A DNA stretch of 64,000 nt from Eledone cirrhosa. Taxonomy: Eukaryota. The notes under the pieces are model-generated. The model was not told the origin of the DNA and ran no database searches. It was given only the letters and a program-made list of their open reading frames with translations. The stretch covers positions 30,690,001 to 30,754,000 of the forward strand of contig OZ024748.1 of NCBI GenBank assembly GCA_964016885.1. Direction: 5' to 3'. Every line of letters starts with the position of its first letter. The first letter of the stretch is position 1. Positions 37,924 through 51,781 of the stretch are shown here, piece by piece. Made by a program: the position numbers and the translations under genes.

Positions 37924-39859
37924 AGGTGGAAAAGTTCTTATTTTCCTTACAGTACCGTTTCATATTTCAGGAACTGAAGCAAAATTCGATCTAAGTAATC
38001 GATTACCAACTATCAATTTTGGTAAAGCTACAGAAGGCACGAAACTAATTATCAGAGGAATCATCTTTGGATTAGTTCCAATAAAGAAGAAAATACCTAT
38101 ATATCTGTTGGGATCCAAAGCTATAGACTGTATGGTGTGAGAGAACATTTTAACTGTGGCAACAGATACAAATAGGACTGGACGTCGGATCTCGACAGAT
38201 ATAAAGGTATTTTATACTTTATTGAAAATCTTCCACTATGATGATTAGTTTTGCATCATCCGTAGATTTACCAAAATTGATAGTTGGTAATCAATAATCA
38301 ATTACTTAAATCGATTTTTGCACAGGGAGTTCTCTGAATTTGGATGTAAAAGTCTCTGCATACCTGGTCCTTATCCACCAATGCTTCTTGTATGCCGTCC
38401 TAGACCTGCCGGTTTTTTGGGCTTCTTTGGCTTTAGATGGTCTCAAGTTGAAGATAACTAAATGGTGATCAGTTGACAGCTCAGTCCATCTCTTAACACG
38501 AACATCCAACACAGAATCGAAAAGATCAGAGACAATAACAAAATCAATTATTGATCTCTGTCCTTTATTCCCCTTATACCATGTATATTTATGGATATCT
38601 CTGTGCTGGAAGAAGGTGTTCATAATAGAGAGTCCATTGCTAGAACAGTAGTCTAATAAGGCTTCTCCATTGATCAGGATCGCCATTTCTTCCAATCACT
38701 CCTTTCCATGCCAGGTAGTCAGTGCCAAAATGTGCATTGAACCTCTAAATAAGCCCAGTCTTCACGGCTTTGACAAACTACCAGATTGGTGACTGGCGTG
38801 AATAAGACCACTGAAACTGTATTATGGTGAGGAAAACAAAAAAGAACCATATCGCATCGTCTTTTGCGCGGATTAAGAAAGAACGCATTCAGGCCTTAGG
38901 TAGAGGGGCCTGTTCGAAATATATATTGCAGTCTCCATTTCATATATTGGTGATGGGCCTGTGACTTGTCCTAGGAGGTGTGGGATGGACGCATAAAGAT
39001 TGCGTGTCCTGAGACCCCAAAAAGAGTCCAGCAGGGAGAAAACCTTGACAATTGGAACCTGGAACATCACAACCCTTACAAGGGAAGGAGCAGGAACTAC
39101 TGCAGGAAGCTAGATGCTACCAGCTAGATATAGTCAAGGTTTCCTCAACAAAGTTCCGTAGCTCTAATATTGTAGATTTGGATAGAGGAGTGAAACTCCA
39201 CTATTCAGGTGTGGCACTAGAAATGACTGCATGGGTGGGATGTCAGAATGTGTTATGAACTGGATCTTTATGCACTAAACAAAGAGTTCAATACCTGACA
39301 TGAAAAGGAGTGATTGGAAGGAATGACGACTCTGATCTAAATACAAATGGAGAAGCCTTATTAGACTTCTGTTCTAACAATGGACTCTCTATTATGAACA
39401 CCTTCTTCCAGCATGGAGACATATATCTTTTAATTTGAATTATTGATGCTCTGCGATGTCCATTGAGCTTTTCTACTGAGAAACATAATCATCATATATA
39501 TTATATATGATCATTATGTTTCTCCGTATATAACTGCTCCAAATTCTTAATTTGTTGAGCTGCTTATATTGTGACTAGTACTTCACACTACTTTCTAGAA
39601 GATATGACGTCCAGTCCTATTTGTATCTGCTGCCACAGTTAAAACGTTCTTCACACCATACAGTCTATAGTTTTGGCTGACTCTCGGATCCTAACAGATA
39701 TATAGGTATTTTGTTCTTTATTGGAACTTATCCAAAGACGATTCCTCTGATAATTAGTTTCACGTTTCCACAGCTTTACCAAAATTGATAATCGATTACT
39801 TAGATCGATTTTTGCTTCAGTTTCTGAAATTTGAAAGGAAAATAAGAACTTTTCCACCT
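37924..39859. repeat. Inverted repeats of about 260 bp enclosing divergently oriented LINE endonuclease fragments
   Basis: 37924-38186 matches 39606-39859 in reverse. The inner AP-endonuclease pieces are at 38320-38740 (-; IDFV, STDHHL) and 38990-39420 (+; IGTWNI). Confidence 0.8.
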
Positions 39860-40957
39860 TAAAGTATGTACCTTTTTCTATATATTATAAGCACAAAATA
39901 CTGTTTCTTTAACTATATATGACTCTTTTTCTCTCAATATATACATATATCTTTTAATTTGAATTATATATACAGTATATATATAGATTTTATTCTTTAT
40001 CATTAACATTAATATAAAAAATAATAATCTAAACTATAATAAAGTAAGAAATGCGGGACTGCGTACGGTTTATAATTTTTTATCCCATTAGTAAAATAAG
40101 TTGGATTACTTTGAATAAATTATAAATGAATATTACATAATTTATCTACTAAATTTCGTGGCTGTTCATTAAATATATTTTATTATTTATTTAAAGATTC
40201 ACTTCTTTAACATTTTCAAATGTCAACACTTCCGGTGGCGATCGCTTAAATAAACATTAATTTTCTCCTAATGCAGTTTATATATAATATTGTCTTTTTT
40301 TTAATGTATCATGGATTACGTTACTGATTACAGAAGATAGTGTAACACAGACTCTCTTCAATTTCTGTGTATATTGCCAATTACGATTTTATTTGACGTA
40401 TCATATCTACATGCATATATACTTGTGTATATCAATATACACACAACACATGCTAGCAGAAAATCACCCGAAGGGTGGTTTTTCTGCTAGTCATGTATAA
40501 TTATTTAAAACATTTTTAGAGAAGGGTCTCAAATTCCGTATAGCTTAGGGCAGCAGTAGGTGAAAGTCTGGCCTTGGTTGAGTGTGTATAGATTTACCTA
40601 AAAACTAAAAAAATGAGAGAAGTTACAGCATTATTTCTTGTGGTGTGGGTTTTTCCCAGCTTTTTTCTTCTTTATTATCCTACCCTTTTTAATTAATGGC
40701 TTCTGATTTAGGCACAGGGCCAAATATTTTGCGGAAGGGGAAATTCAATTAAATCAACCCCCGTGCGCAACTGGTGCTCTATTTTATCGAACCCCATAAG
40801 GATAAAAGGCAAAACTAACCTTGAAGAATTGCTCAAATACTGGCATTTTAGTTCAGATCTAGCTGTCGAAACGGTCGGAGTCCTGAATCTTTTCATATTA
40901 CCCCAACTATTGAGTACTCTGGTGGGTTATGGTCTAGCTGGGTTTTACCATACCCTA

Positions 40958-40997
<40 letters not shown>

Positions 40998-41493
40998 TGT
41001 TTACATATAAACATTTGAAAGCCGTCAGCTATGAATTTTTGAAACTGGTGGTAGGGTGTGCCACATAGTGAGTTCCAGCAGAAGCAAGGAGGAAATTACC
41101 GATGGTTGCTTCTGATTGATGGTCATTACCAAGATAATGCTCTCCTTCACCTCGATTTCTGCTGGAACTTAAAATAAGTGCAAACATATAGTTTTGGTGC
41201 CTATGTACATGGGACAATTAGCTTCATTTGCATACTGAAGTGTAGGATGTGCTGATACTATCCGTTGGTCAAAATTCCTAGTAGAAGTGGCACCTTTTTT
41301 CTTGGTGACAAGATTGAAACTCAGATTACACATAGCCAGTACAGGCACTACAAAACATCTGACACTAATAATTTCACACATCCCCTACCCCCTTGACTTT
41401 ATCTAATACCTCCATCAATTCATTAACTATTCAAACAAAATTAAAAAAATTTGATTAATTGAAAATAAAATAGAGATTTAAGAACAAAATATA

Positions 41494-41684
41494 TAATTGT
41501 TTCTACTTTTGGCACGAGGCCAGCAATTACCCAGTGCATTACTGGTACTTTATTTTATCGACCCCGTAAGGATGAAAGGTAAAGTCAACCTCGGCGGGAT
41601 TTGAACTCAGACCGTAAAGGGACGTAACTACGCCGGAAAGCATGGCGTCCGACTCTCTACCGATACTGCCAATCCACCGCCCTA
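41494..41684 (-). mobile_element. Nin/Deu-domain SINE, full length
   Basis: Complete reverse copy flanked by the direct repeat aacaaaatatataat. Confidence 0.9.
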
Positions 41685-41969
41685 ACAAAATATATAATAT
41701 AAGAATATAGAACAAAATATATAATAAATTGAACACAGAATTTAAAGAGCCAGAACAAATACTGCAATAGAATTTTATCCAACGCTTTATTAATTCTGCT
41801 AATCCATTACCCTCTTGCTATTTATATTAATATTATCCCATCTCCACCCACCAGATATGTTTCTATATCAATTGAACTATGTACAATACTTGTTTTGGTT
41901 TTTTAAATTAAATAAATCGAAGTTAGCATCATCTGAAGATTAGTTTCTGAAAATCATTCAATGTTACCC

Positions 41970-42192
41970 ATTTCACGACATATCACTCAATAGCCACACA
42001 AATTTCACGACACATCACACATTTTATGAGACATCACACAATAGCCACACACATTTCATGACACATCACACAATAGCCACACACATCACACAATAGCCAC
42101 ACACATTTCATGATACATCACACAATAGCCACACACATTTCATGATACATCACACAATAGCCACACACATTTCATGACTTATCACTCAATAG
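41970..42192. repeat. Minisatellite of about 33 bp
   Basis: Repeats of catcacacaatagccacacacatttcatga. Confidence 0.85.
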
Positions 42193-43032
42193 TCAGGTTA
42201 ATCAATAGTCAATCATCAGCTGTATTGTATCCATTCATTTTGTCACATAGAATGTAAGTTGAGTCTTTTCCTTGTAAACACATGCCCATATAAAGTAAGT
42301 CAGACACTCTAAAGCTCATTTATCAATCTATGTATGTATATATGTTTGTATGTATGTGTGCATGTATGTGTATGTATGTATGTAAGTGTGTGGGTGTGTA
42401 TGTATGTATGTGTGTGTGTGTATGTATGTTTGTATATATGTATGTGTGTGGGTGTGTATATGTATTTATGTTTGTATGTATGTGTGTGTGTGTGTATGTA
42501 TGTATGTTTGTATGTGTGGGTATGTATATATATGTATGTATGTTCTGGTTTTATAATTTCACAAATGTTTACCAATAGAGAGAGTGAGTCGGTTTCGTTT
42601 CTAACTTAGACACAAGACTCTCTCATTGGAATTTAAGCAACATCAACTAAGTAGATATGTATGAATGTCTGCATATGTGTGCAGGTATAGATGTGGATGT
42701 TTTGAGTTATATGTGTGCATGTGCATATGGTTTGTATGTGTACAAGTGTATATGCAGTTATATATGTATGTATGTATGTGTACTATGTGTGAGTAAAAAA
42801 AAATAAAATATATTTCTGAACCGTTATTTCAAATAGAGTAACAAAATTTACAATAAATACTTTATTAAACAATAAATTAAGACTGATTTTAAATGTTCAC
42901 ATGGTCTATAAAACCGCAAAAGTTTGCAGCAGAAATTAAAGCAATTTTCCTTTTTTGAAATATTGCAGAGCAGTAAAACATTTTAGCCATTTTCTTTGTT
43001 GTGTTTGTTTTTCTCTCCTCTCTCTGAAATAC

Positions 43033-43167
43033 TTAAAGATTAGCACCAGCACTTTCTTGAGTAATTGGTATGATTCTTTCACCACTATTTAAAGATGATT
43101 TAATTGCTCGGACAGTTAAAACACCATCAGATGCCAGCGCTGAGGTCACATTTGCTGCATCACATTC
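43033..43167 (-). CDS. HSP20: Small heat-shock protein exon 3 (ECDAANVTSALASDGVLTV...ERIIPIT...NL*)
   Basis: S.L..DGVLTV and C-terminal IPI motifs, with a ttctcttctccAG acceptor and AATAAA at 42861-42866. Confidence 0.95.
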   Translation of the reverse strand, partial: ECDAANVTSALASDGVLTVRAIKSSLNSGERIIPITQESAGANL

Positions 43168-43353
43168 CTGGAGAAGAACAATAGAAAAATAATTGTTTCT
43201 ACTTTAGGCACAAGGCCAGCAATTACCCAGTTCATTACTGGTACTTTATTTTATCGACCCCGTAAGGATGAAAGGCAAAGTCAACCTCGGCAGAAAAATA
43301 ATATTGGTTGAAACACTGAACATCTTCCAATGATTTAGTAGAAAATATATAAC

Positions 43354-43636
43354 ATGATGATGGTGATGGTGATGGTAGTGGTGATAGTGATGATGGTCGT
43401 GGTGGAGGTGGTGGTGCTGGTGATAGTGATGGTGGTGGTGATGGTGATGATGGTGGTGATAATGGTGATGGTGATGATGATAATGGTGGTGATGGTGTTG
43501 GCGATGATGATGTTGATGTTGGTAGTGGTGGTGGCAATGATAATGTTGATGGTGGTGGTAATGAAGATGATGTTGATGATGGTGGTGGTGATGATGATGA
43601 TGTGGATGATAATGATGATGCTGATGATGATGATGA
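43354..43636. repeat. (GAT/GGT)n simple repeat in sHSP intron 2
   Basis: Low-complexity trinucleotide array. Confidence 0.9.
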
Positions 43637-43767
43637 TTTATAAGCAATTGAGGATCAAGAAATTATAAAACAAAAACAAACCAAAAATTTCCAATCACAA
43701 GAAAGTAGAGGTTCTACCCTACGGTCGAGCTCTTGTTATTTCAGTAGGGAATATATAAAATACTGAC

Positions 43768-43944
43768 CCTTGGAAGAAGATACTGTCGTTTAAATTCTCT
43801 CTGGATATATCCATGCTCATCTTGTTTTTCTTCATGTTTGGCATGTATAACTATTCTATTGTCAATAATCTTGAGAGTTATTTCATCGGGAGTGAAATGG
43901 CTCACATCTAGACGTATTTTGAATTCCTTCTCATCATTGGTCAC
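43768..43944 (-). CDS. HSP20: Small heat-shock protein exon 2 (alpha-crystallin domain)
   Basis: FKIRLDVSHFTPDEITLK...HAKHEEKQDEHGYIQREFKRQYLLP with AG/GT sites, phase 0-0. Confidence 0.97.
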
Positions 43945-44178
43945 CTTTAAATAAAACATAATAGCAGATGTTTTATTGGTTTTCATTTTATGGAAATATT
44001 TTTAATTGTAAAAGTAACCAGGCTTGCTGTGTATGTGTATATAAAAGTACATACATACACACACATGCTAACACACACACGTGTGTGTATTTATATATAT
44101 ATGAAAATTAGAGTTAAAACTCCAATTGGAACCCTGTAACTATTGAGCTCCAAGTATAAAAATACTGAGCCGATTAAT

Positions 44179-44496
44179 AATATATAGTAAGAAACACAGT
44201 AAACCGTGTGTCTAAAATTACAAGGGTTGAAAAACCACATTTGTTTGAAATATTTAACCAAGAAGCAGACAATGATAAAATAAAAATATATTATTATACA
44301 AACCGCCTCAATAACCATTATATCTCTCGGACAGATTATCCCTAATCTGTCCGAGAGATATAATGGTTATTGAGGCGGTTTGTATAATAATATATTTTTA
44401 TTTTATCATTCTGTCTGCTTCTTGGTTAAATATTTCAAACAAATGTGGTTTTTCAACCCTTGTAATTTTAGACACACGGTTTACTGTGTTTCTTAC

Positions 44497-44502
<6 letters not shown>
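44179..44502. repeat. Near-perfect palindrome with arms of about 160 bp and a 4-nt loop
   Basis: ...ctctcggacagatta tccc taatctgtccgagag... flanked by (TA)n. Confidence 0.92.
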
Positions 44503-44527
<25 letters not shown>

Positions 44528-44699
44528 ATGGTAAAAGGAAAACAAAATGCTGACAAATTGTTCCCAGTGAAAAATAGTTTAATTAGGAATAAATAAAAAT
44601 TAGTAATAAGTATTGGTTAGTATTCAGTTTTGGTTTATATATATATATATATATATATATGATATTAATAAATGGAAACTATATTTATAAAACCATATT

Positions 44700-44760
44700 T
44701 ATTTTATTATATATATTTCAAGGGTACCAAAACTTTGGTACGATCTCATCAGATAAAATA
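44700..44760 (-). ncRNA. Type I hammerhead ribozyme motif (AUA family)
   Basis: tattttat-CTGATGA-gatcgtaccaa agtt ttggtaccctt-GAAA-TATATA-TA-ataaaata. Confidence 0.75.
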
Positions 44761-44834
44761 CAAATATATATATATTTGTTGAATTACCAACAAATTAAAT
44801 ATCCCTTTTGCTTATATATATATATATATATATA

Positions 44835-45371
44835 TATATCAACTAGAAATAGATTGACATATATATAAAATAAATACATGAAATAATCACATGGAATAAT
44901 TTGTAAAGAATGTAGTCACACATAGCTAGGTAGGTAACTAATTAAAGTTTGACTAGAACTTCAAATATAGATAGATACCTTTTAAAATGATTAATCTTCT
45001 TTGTATATATTTCTTTAAGTAAGAAATATATTTCACCTATTAATCCGTAAATCACAGCAGTTAAATTCTTGGATCTTCACCAAAGGAGAAGAAAAATAAC
45101 CATCTGTGTTTACAAAGCAATTGCAAATCTGTGAATGACTCGAACCACGTGTTGCATTTTTAAAAAAATACACTCGTTGAACGTCATCCCAGTGGCGTGA
45201 AATACAGCCAGAAATAGCAGCCGAGCCTATTCAACTGAATTAGCTCAACAATCAAGGGGCCGTATATATATCCATACCTATGTGTGCCTACATTCTTTAC
45301 AAATTATTCCCTGTGATCGTTTCATGTATTTATTTTATATATATATATGTCAATCTATTTCTAGTTGATAT
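44835..45371. repeat. Inverted repeats of about 95 bp around a spacer of about 340 bp
   Basis: atcaactagaaatagattgac... / ...gtcaatctatttctagttgat. Confidence 0.8.
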
Positions 45372-45457
45372 GTAATGCTCGGATCTAATCTTTGAGCTTA
45401 TTCTACGGTGGATATGGCGCATGTCTCTCAGACATGACAACCCTTAATTTTAATTTT

Positions 45458-45496
<39 letters not shown>

Positions 45497-46454
45497 TAAT
45501 ATATATTACACATACATATGTGTGTGTGTGTGTATATATATGTGTGTGTGTGTGTATATATAATATATATATATGCACATATATATGTGTGTATATACAA
45601 TATCGAAAAATCTAGAAGCTGCTTGCTTACATCTCTTAGTGCTATCTGATGAATTGAGGCCGTCATATATGTGGAAATCATACCACTTAATTGTCGACCC
45701 CAGCAAAATAAATTTATACACAGCTTCATATGGTTTTCATAAACAAAGAGATGGAGTCAAGTAATAAACTAAATGTTCTATACAGTTAAAACAATGAATT
45801 TATGATAAAAATGTATAAAGAAAAAGAAAATATAGCATAACTTCATCAGAAGCAGAAAAATAAGTTTAAATAATTCAAAACACACATATGATAAACTTAG
45901 GATAATTAACAAGGAGAGGACAAAACAACAAATGAAAATAAGGCAAAATGAAAAACAATTTTTTGAAAATAAAAATATAAACGAAAGATACAGAACTCCA
46001 GGGTCATTCATTAGCCATTGAGGTGTATCTTAGCAGTTTCAACCCCCTACTAATAGTACTATTGGTCAACCTGGCGTCACAGCGTCTGACACAAGCCAAA
46101 GCACTGTCCAGTGGAGTAAGAGACAAGACAAAACAATAACTTATAGCAATTAAGCTATAACAAGTACACACGAAAGTCTCATGAAAAGAAATGAACAAAA
46201 GGGAAAAGGAAGAAAAAAAGTAAGAAGAAAGTAAGATATGTATTAAGAAATGTAAGTCATCGGAATTAATTGAGTGAGATAATATAACAAGTTCATCACA
46301 GATTAGTAATGATAAACTTAGGAAAAGTAACAAAGAGAGGACAAGACAACAGTTATAATTTCTTCAATAACTGCAATAACCCCCACCTTTCCTGAGTATT
46401 ACTGGTTACTGTAGCTAGTTGTTGAATAAAAGCGTCTTTTGTGAATGGTAAATA

Positions 46455-46633
46455 ATTATTTCTACTTTAGGCACAAGGCCAACAATTACCCAGTGTATTA
46501 CTGGTACTTTATTTTATCGACCCCGTAAGGATGAAAGGCAAAGTTAACCTCGGCGGGATTTGAACTCAGAATGGCAAGGGCCGTAACTCTATGCGTCAAA
46601 GCAAGGCGTCCGACCCTCTACCAATACTGCCAA
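46455..46633 (-). mobile_element. Nin/Deu-domain SINE
   Basis: Reverse copy of the 63627 family. Confidence 0.9.
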
Positions 46634-47480
46634 TAATGTTGAGTTCTTGGTTACTGTTAGCTACGAAGGTATGTGCAAAGTCCAAGGCCTTGTCTAACAT
46701 TGGTTTAGTGATAGAAGGGCAAAAATCAATTATATTGAACTGGGTAAACTTAGCCCTGGCTTTTGATGGGATGTCTTTGAACCAGGATATAACCAATGTG
46801 GTATTGTTTCAGAGTAACATGCTCATGTTGTGTGTGATGTGTATGTTTATTTCTCCTAAGATCTTGGTAGCTAGGCTTAATTCTGTTCTCAAGTTTATGA
46901 GCCTGCAGGATGTAAAGTCCATTTTGTGATCCTTCAGGGTAATGAAGGCATCACGCTTTGCTAATCTCTCTAGTCTATTTTCAAATTTCTCGCTAATTCT
47001 TTGGCTTCATTGTTAACAAAGTTGTAAGTGTCAGGTGTGGCTTTCTGTTATTTGCTAGTTATATTGCTTAGTTGATTATATCTATCCCTATTTACTCCAT
47101 ATGGGTTCTTAGTTTTGTCTGAAAACAAATACATTATTTGATGATCTGAATTTCTTAGTATCATTTAGGAGGACTTTTAGAAATTTATGCTAGCTATTAA
47201 GTCTAAGAGGTTTGCTTCAAAGTCTGCAAGGTCCCCAACTTTGGGTGGGTGCTTGGTGGATTTGATATTGAATTTTTCAGTGGCGGTGGTTTCCATCTCT
47301 CCATCAAAAAACAGGGCCTTCCATCTTAGACTCCATACAATTTCTTCCACTTTCTCTTGTAACATTTCGGAGAAGGCATGGTTCGATGGTGCCGATATGT
47401 TCTTGAAAGAGTAGTTCATTTCATATGTATCCATTATATTGAATGTTGAACCCATAGGCCGAAGAGTGCTCAACTGTTCT
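46634..47480 (-). mobile_element. Decayed Penelope-like element, N-terminus and start of RT
   Basis: YSFKNI..P...EKVE....LRWKALFF and ISWFKDI...FTQFNIIDFCPSI motifs. Confidence 0.75.
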
Positions 47481-49134
47481 AGCTACTATGTTAGTCTGTT
47501 GTACTGGTGTATGGCGGACATTTCTGTAAAAATCCACACTATATATATGATGCAATTCCCTGCCAAATTATGTAATGCATACTAGCATTACGAAATTTCT
47601 GCACATGGTGGTTCCAATCGGACCCTCAGTAGCAGATTAGAATCGCAGAAACTGGCGCATCAGTTCAGGTATCTCAATTTTCCTACTCGCACAAAGTCAT
47701 CTTCCTCGATGATTAACGTATGTGTTCACTCTAATCTGTTGGGTTTGAATTTTAATAATACAGACTTGAGTGCGGAAACGACCGAAGCTGTATCCATTCT
47801 AAATTATCCCCTGTTAATGTTTGTAATGCATTTATATTGTGTTTCAAAAAATCAGTCCTTCGCATTCTGTCGGCTTTTAAATCGATTTAAATCGATTTTA
47901 AATCCCCTTTTTCCTCGAAGGTAACATATTTTTCCCCTTCATTGATCATTTCCTTTGCACTGGAAATATCGATATTTGTAAAACTTCCTTTGCTTATTGT
48001 GGCAAAAGATTTTTTATGGTTGCTGTTGTTGTTCTCAATTGTTTGATTTATGGTTGTGGAGTTCATTTGTGAAGTTGTGTTTTTTTCTTGTTCAATATTT
48101 TTTTGTGTCGTTTGTGTTTCCATACTTATTGTTGTCATAGTGATATTCATTTCAACGTTCCCATTGCCACTTACGGCGGGAAATGCTTCAATTTTATCAT
48201 CCATATAGTGTTTGTTTTTTATAAGCAAAAAGACAAAAACTTACCAGCGAGACTGGCACATAACTTCCTGTAGGTGATAGATAGATAGATACATAGACAC
48301 GTACATACATACACACATATACATGCATACATACATGCACTTACATACACACATATATGGTGGCTGCCAACTCGTTTTCGAGTACGGCCACTACTTTATA
48401 TCCATGTAGGAGAACTCCTACCGATGCGCTGAACAAATGTGACTTTTTAGTCCAGCCAGCGACTTGAAAGCTCTGGTACAAACACTACACTTGTGACAAT
48501 TATTGACACATAGTGCTGGGCCCATGGTACCATGTGACGACAAGTGCAGAGAGATCTCCAGATATAAAGCAATGCCTGTGCCGTGAAGCTTTTATAGTGA
48601 GAAAAGGCACTGCACAAAGCCAGTCCCACTCTCTTAACCAAGATGATATTTACCAAAAAGAAGAACAAGTCAACATCATTGGATACCATCAGGGTTGCAG
48701 GTATTATATCAGAGTTTTCCTTCTCCTAGAATTCTACCTTGACAAAGGCTAAGGGGTCATCTCCCCCGGTGATTTTGGATGGCCATTGACTCTTAAGAGC
48801 TCCTTTGCCCTTTGACAGGTTTTGTTTTTAGTCCTGCAGGATGTCCAAAGTCACCCTCCTCACCAAAAAACCTTGGTGGGGTTGCCAGTTTAGTCGCCAA
48901 CGACCCGACCATGGGACAAGTTGTACTGGGATACATGTTACCAGTAGCACCAACTGGTGGCCTGACATACATATATACATACCTACATACATACACATAC
49001 ATTTTACATTCTTTTATTCAGTTACTGGTTCTTGTCATTGGACTATGGCCATACTGGAGCATCACCTTCATGAATTTTAGCCAATTAAATTGACTGCACC
49101 ACTTATTTCAGCTTGATATATATCGTATTGATAT

Positions 49135-49619
49135 AGAGGGTGGTTGGAAGGAACTCCCTATTTTAAATTGTTAATAACTTTATTACTTTGTGGTCAATTT
49201 TCGTAAAACATTTTGTTATTTTGAACAGTATAATGGTAGAAGTACAGAACACTGTTAAAATTCAACATGGGCACCAGTGTTGACTACTAGTGTTGTCCAC
49301 GACTGACCTCATCAGGAACTCAGGCGGTATGTTGGTCAGTACATAACGAATGTCACTCCAACTGAGACATCAGAGTTTTTGGTTTTAAGCTATAAACTTC
49401 TTCTTTCATCCAACCCCACAGGAAAATATTGCATGGTCATTTGTGGACCTCGATGATCCTGGAAATTGGGCATCAAGCCACTCATGAACAGTGCACAGAA
49501 AATGAGGAGCAGCCCCATTTTGCATGAATATGAGGTCATTGATGCTGTCCCAAGATGACACAGTAAATCAAAAGTTATAAATCATTTTCCATAAAGAGTT
49601 TTTTTTCCACCCACCCTGT
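49135..49619. mobile_element. Non-autonomous Tc1/mariner-type element (inverted relative of 10402-10876)
   Basis: Same TIRs and the same internal sequence in reverse. Confidence 0.75.
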
Positions 49620-50469
49620 AGATTTGTGAAATCAGTTATAATTTTTGTTACAACACTTATTAAGCTATAAACTTTAACTAAAAGAAAAAAACTTCTGAAA
49701 ATTATTTTTAAAAATTAATTAAGCATGCTAATTGTTATTATTATCAAAATCGAAAAAAAAAATTAAATTATCTGACTTAACTGTTAATATTCTGAAATTG
49801 CATTAGCAAGAAATTTTTGAGAAATACAGACTGCATCACAATAAAACTACAATTTTCACAATCTGTCCACTAGAAAATGTACTATAAACATTTGAATTAG
49901 CAAACATGTTTTTAGATGTTTTCTACTAAATCATTATTGGATGTTAAGTGTTACCTTTTAATACCCTGTACTACATGAAACCACATTAGTAAGACATTCT
50001 TGAGTACATTAAAAACTAAAGTCTTCACTTTAATTTACTGAACATTTTTACAACGATTTGTCCTTCAGTAAAGATCCATAAAGTTTATAAATGTTCATAG
50101 TATAAACATTTGAATTAATGAACCTGTTTTTAGATATTTTCTGCTACAAATTTACACAATGTCCACTAGTAAAGATGATATAAACATTCATAGAAGTTCA
50201 TATGATTACCTAAATACTCCCATGGAATGACCTAATGAGTTTAGTCCTGAGAAAGAAACAATGCAGTCCTTAATAAGAAGAGTTGAAATTAATGCGTGCA
50301 AGATTTCACAGCACTAGCATCACTCCTTCATAGTCAACTTTTCAGCTAACCCTTGTATTTTCTGCTAAATCATTACAGGATATTAAGAGTTAAGTTTTCT
50401 AACATGGAAACAAAAATCAACAGATAAATGTGAGAGTAACAGAGTTTGGGCTGTAAAATGTTGCCTTAC

Positions 50470-50733
50470 TTCTGAAAATCCTGTGGCTGCAGCAGCTGTA
50501 TGTTGTTGGCTGACTGGCATGGTATGTTGAAATCCAGTGTGCATGTTAGTACGACGCCAATTCTGCCAGTGGTTAAAGAAATCATCCATCATTGGCGACA
50601 TTCCGAAATGTTGGTCGGAAAGTCGAGTGAGTGGTGGCATATCAGTCCATGGATCTTCCCACATACTCCATGAGGGCAGTCTGCTGTATAATGGTGTGAG
50701 GGATCGCGAATAGGGATAATGAGGATTTGTCAT
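50470..50733 (-). CDS. HSP20: Small heat-shock protein exon 1 (88 aa; spliced protein 191 aa)
   Basis: ATG at 50733, WEDPW and RLSDQHFG N-terminal sHSP motifs, and a GFSE|GTAAG donor in frame with exon 2. Confidence 0.92.
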
Positions 50734-50964
50734 CGTATTGATTCACAGATTTTCACAGGTAAGCAAAATACCTTGTCAAGAACTTCTTCCCTTATTGATG
50801 ACAATGTTGTTATTGTTGCTGCGTTTGTTTTTTGGTGTTGTTGTTGTTGTTGGTATTTTTGTATAAACTGTATGTTTTATGTGTTTTATTTTGTGTGAGA
50901 TTGCAGCTAAAGAGGCAACACAGTTGTTTTATTTTGTGAGATTCTGCTAGAAGAAATATTCCAA

Positions 50965-50970
50965 TTTATA
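50965..50970 (-). promoter_or_regulatory. Candidate TATA box of the sHSP gene
   Basis: TATAAA on the minus strand about 230 nt upstream of the ATG. No perfect heat-shock element was seen. Confidence 0.35.
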
Positions 50971-51442
50971 TCAGTAGCAGTTACAAATAGAAATGAAGAG
51001 ATGGGAACGAGAGGGGAGAGAGAGAGATAAAGAGAGGGAGGGAAAGAGAAAGTGAGTGAGAATGGTAGATAAAGTATGTTTGTGTTTATGTATAAAACAG
51101 GCTTTATTTAGCTCCTCTTCCTTCTCCTCTTGCTAACCAATATCTATTTCACTTTGGAAAAGAAGTACAAAAACAACAAAACAACAAAAACAAACAACCA
51201 AATAAATTCTTCCTTTACCTACAGCAACATTCCCAAACCATTTACTACTTAAAATTTGTACATTTTTTGTGTATGAGTGTGTGTGTGTTAGGTGGGGGCA
51301 AGGGCGGAAAGGATGGGGTCACCATCTATATCTATCTAGCTAGCTACATGTCTATTTACGTAGCTACATGTAGTATAATTTAACTATATATATATATATA
51401 TCTGCTCTACTATGGCTAGTTACGATTTATACTTATTATTAT

Positions 51443-51781
51443 TAGCAGTATCGGTAGAGCGTCAGACACCAGACTTTGCCGCATAGAGTTATGGCCCTTT
51501 ACGTTCTGAGTTCAAATCCGCCAAGATTAACTTTGACTTTCATCCTTACTGGGGCGATAAAATAAAGTACCAGTAATGCACTGAGGTTGATTTAATCGAC
51601 TTTCCCCACCACCAAATTATTGGCCTTGTGCATATACTAGAAACCATTATTACAGAAAAAAGTGAGTTCAAATCCCGCCGAGGTTAACTTTGCCTTTCAT
51701 CCTTACGGGGTCGATAAAATAAAGTACCAGTAATACACTAGGATAATTGCTGGCCTTGTGCCAAATGTAGAAACAATTATT
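51443..51781 (+). mobile_element. Two tandem Nin/Deu-domain SINEs
   Basis: Two B-box plus Nin-domain units. Confidence 0.85.

Noticed and set aside
40818-40882. TTGAAGA...GAAAC-G-GTC hammerhead-like relic
   Set aside because: The core is mutated and stems I and II are too weak to support a call.
41970-42192. Regularly spaced repeats resembling a CRISPR array (also 4135-4250 and 15625-15860)
   Set aside because: There are no unique spacers and no cas genes, and the context is eukaryotic. These are minisatellites.
43246-43668. His-rich, Pro/Ser-rich and Met/Val-rich ORFs
   Set aside because: These are translations of a (GAT/GGT)n repeat inside sHSP intron 2.
45640-45710. CTGATGA followed by a stem (attgag/cttaat)
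   Set aside because: There is no GAAA after stem II, so it is at best a deleted relic.
47887-48228. 113-aa Asn/Thr-rich ORF upstream of the Penelope fragment
   Set aside because: It is low complexity with no recognisable motif, and is probably part of a repeat.
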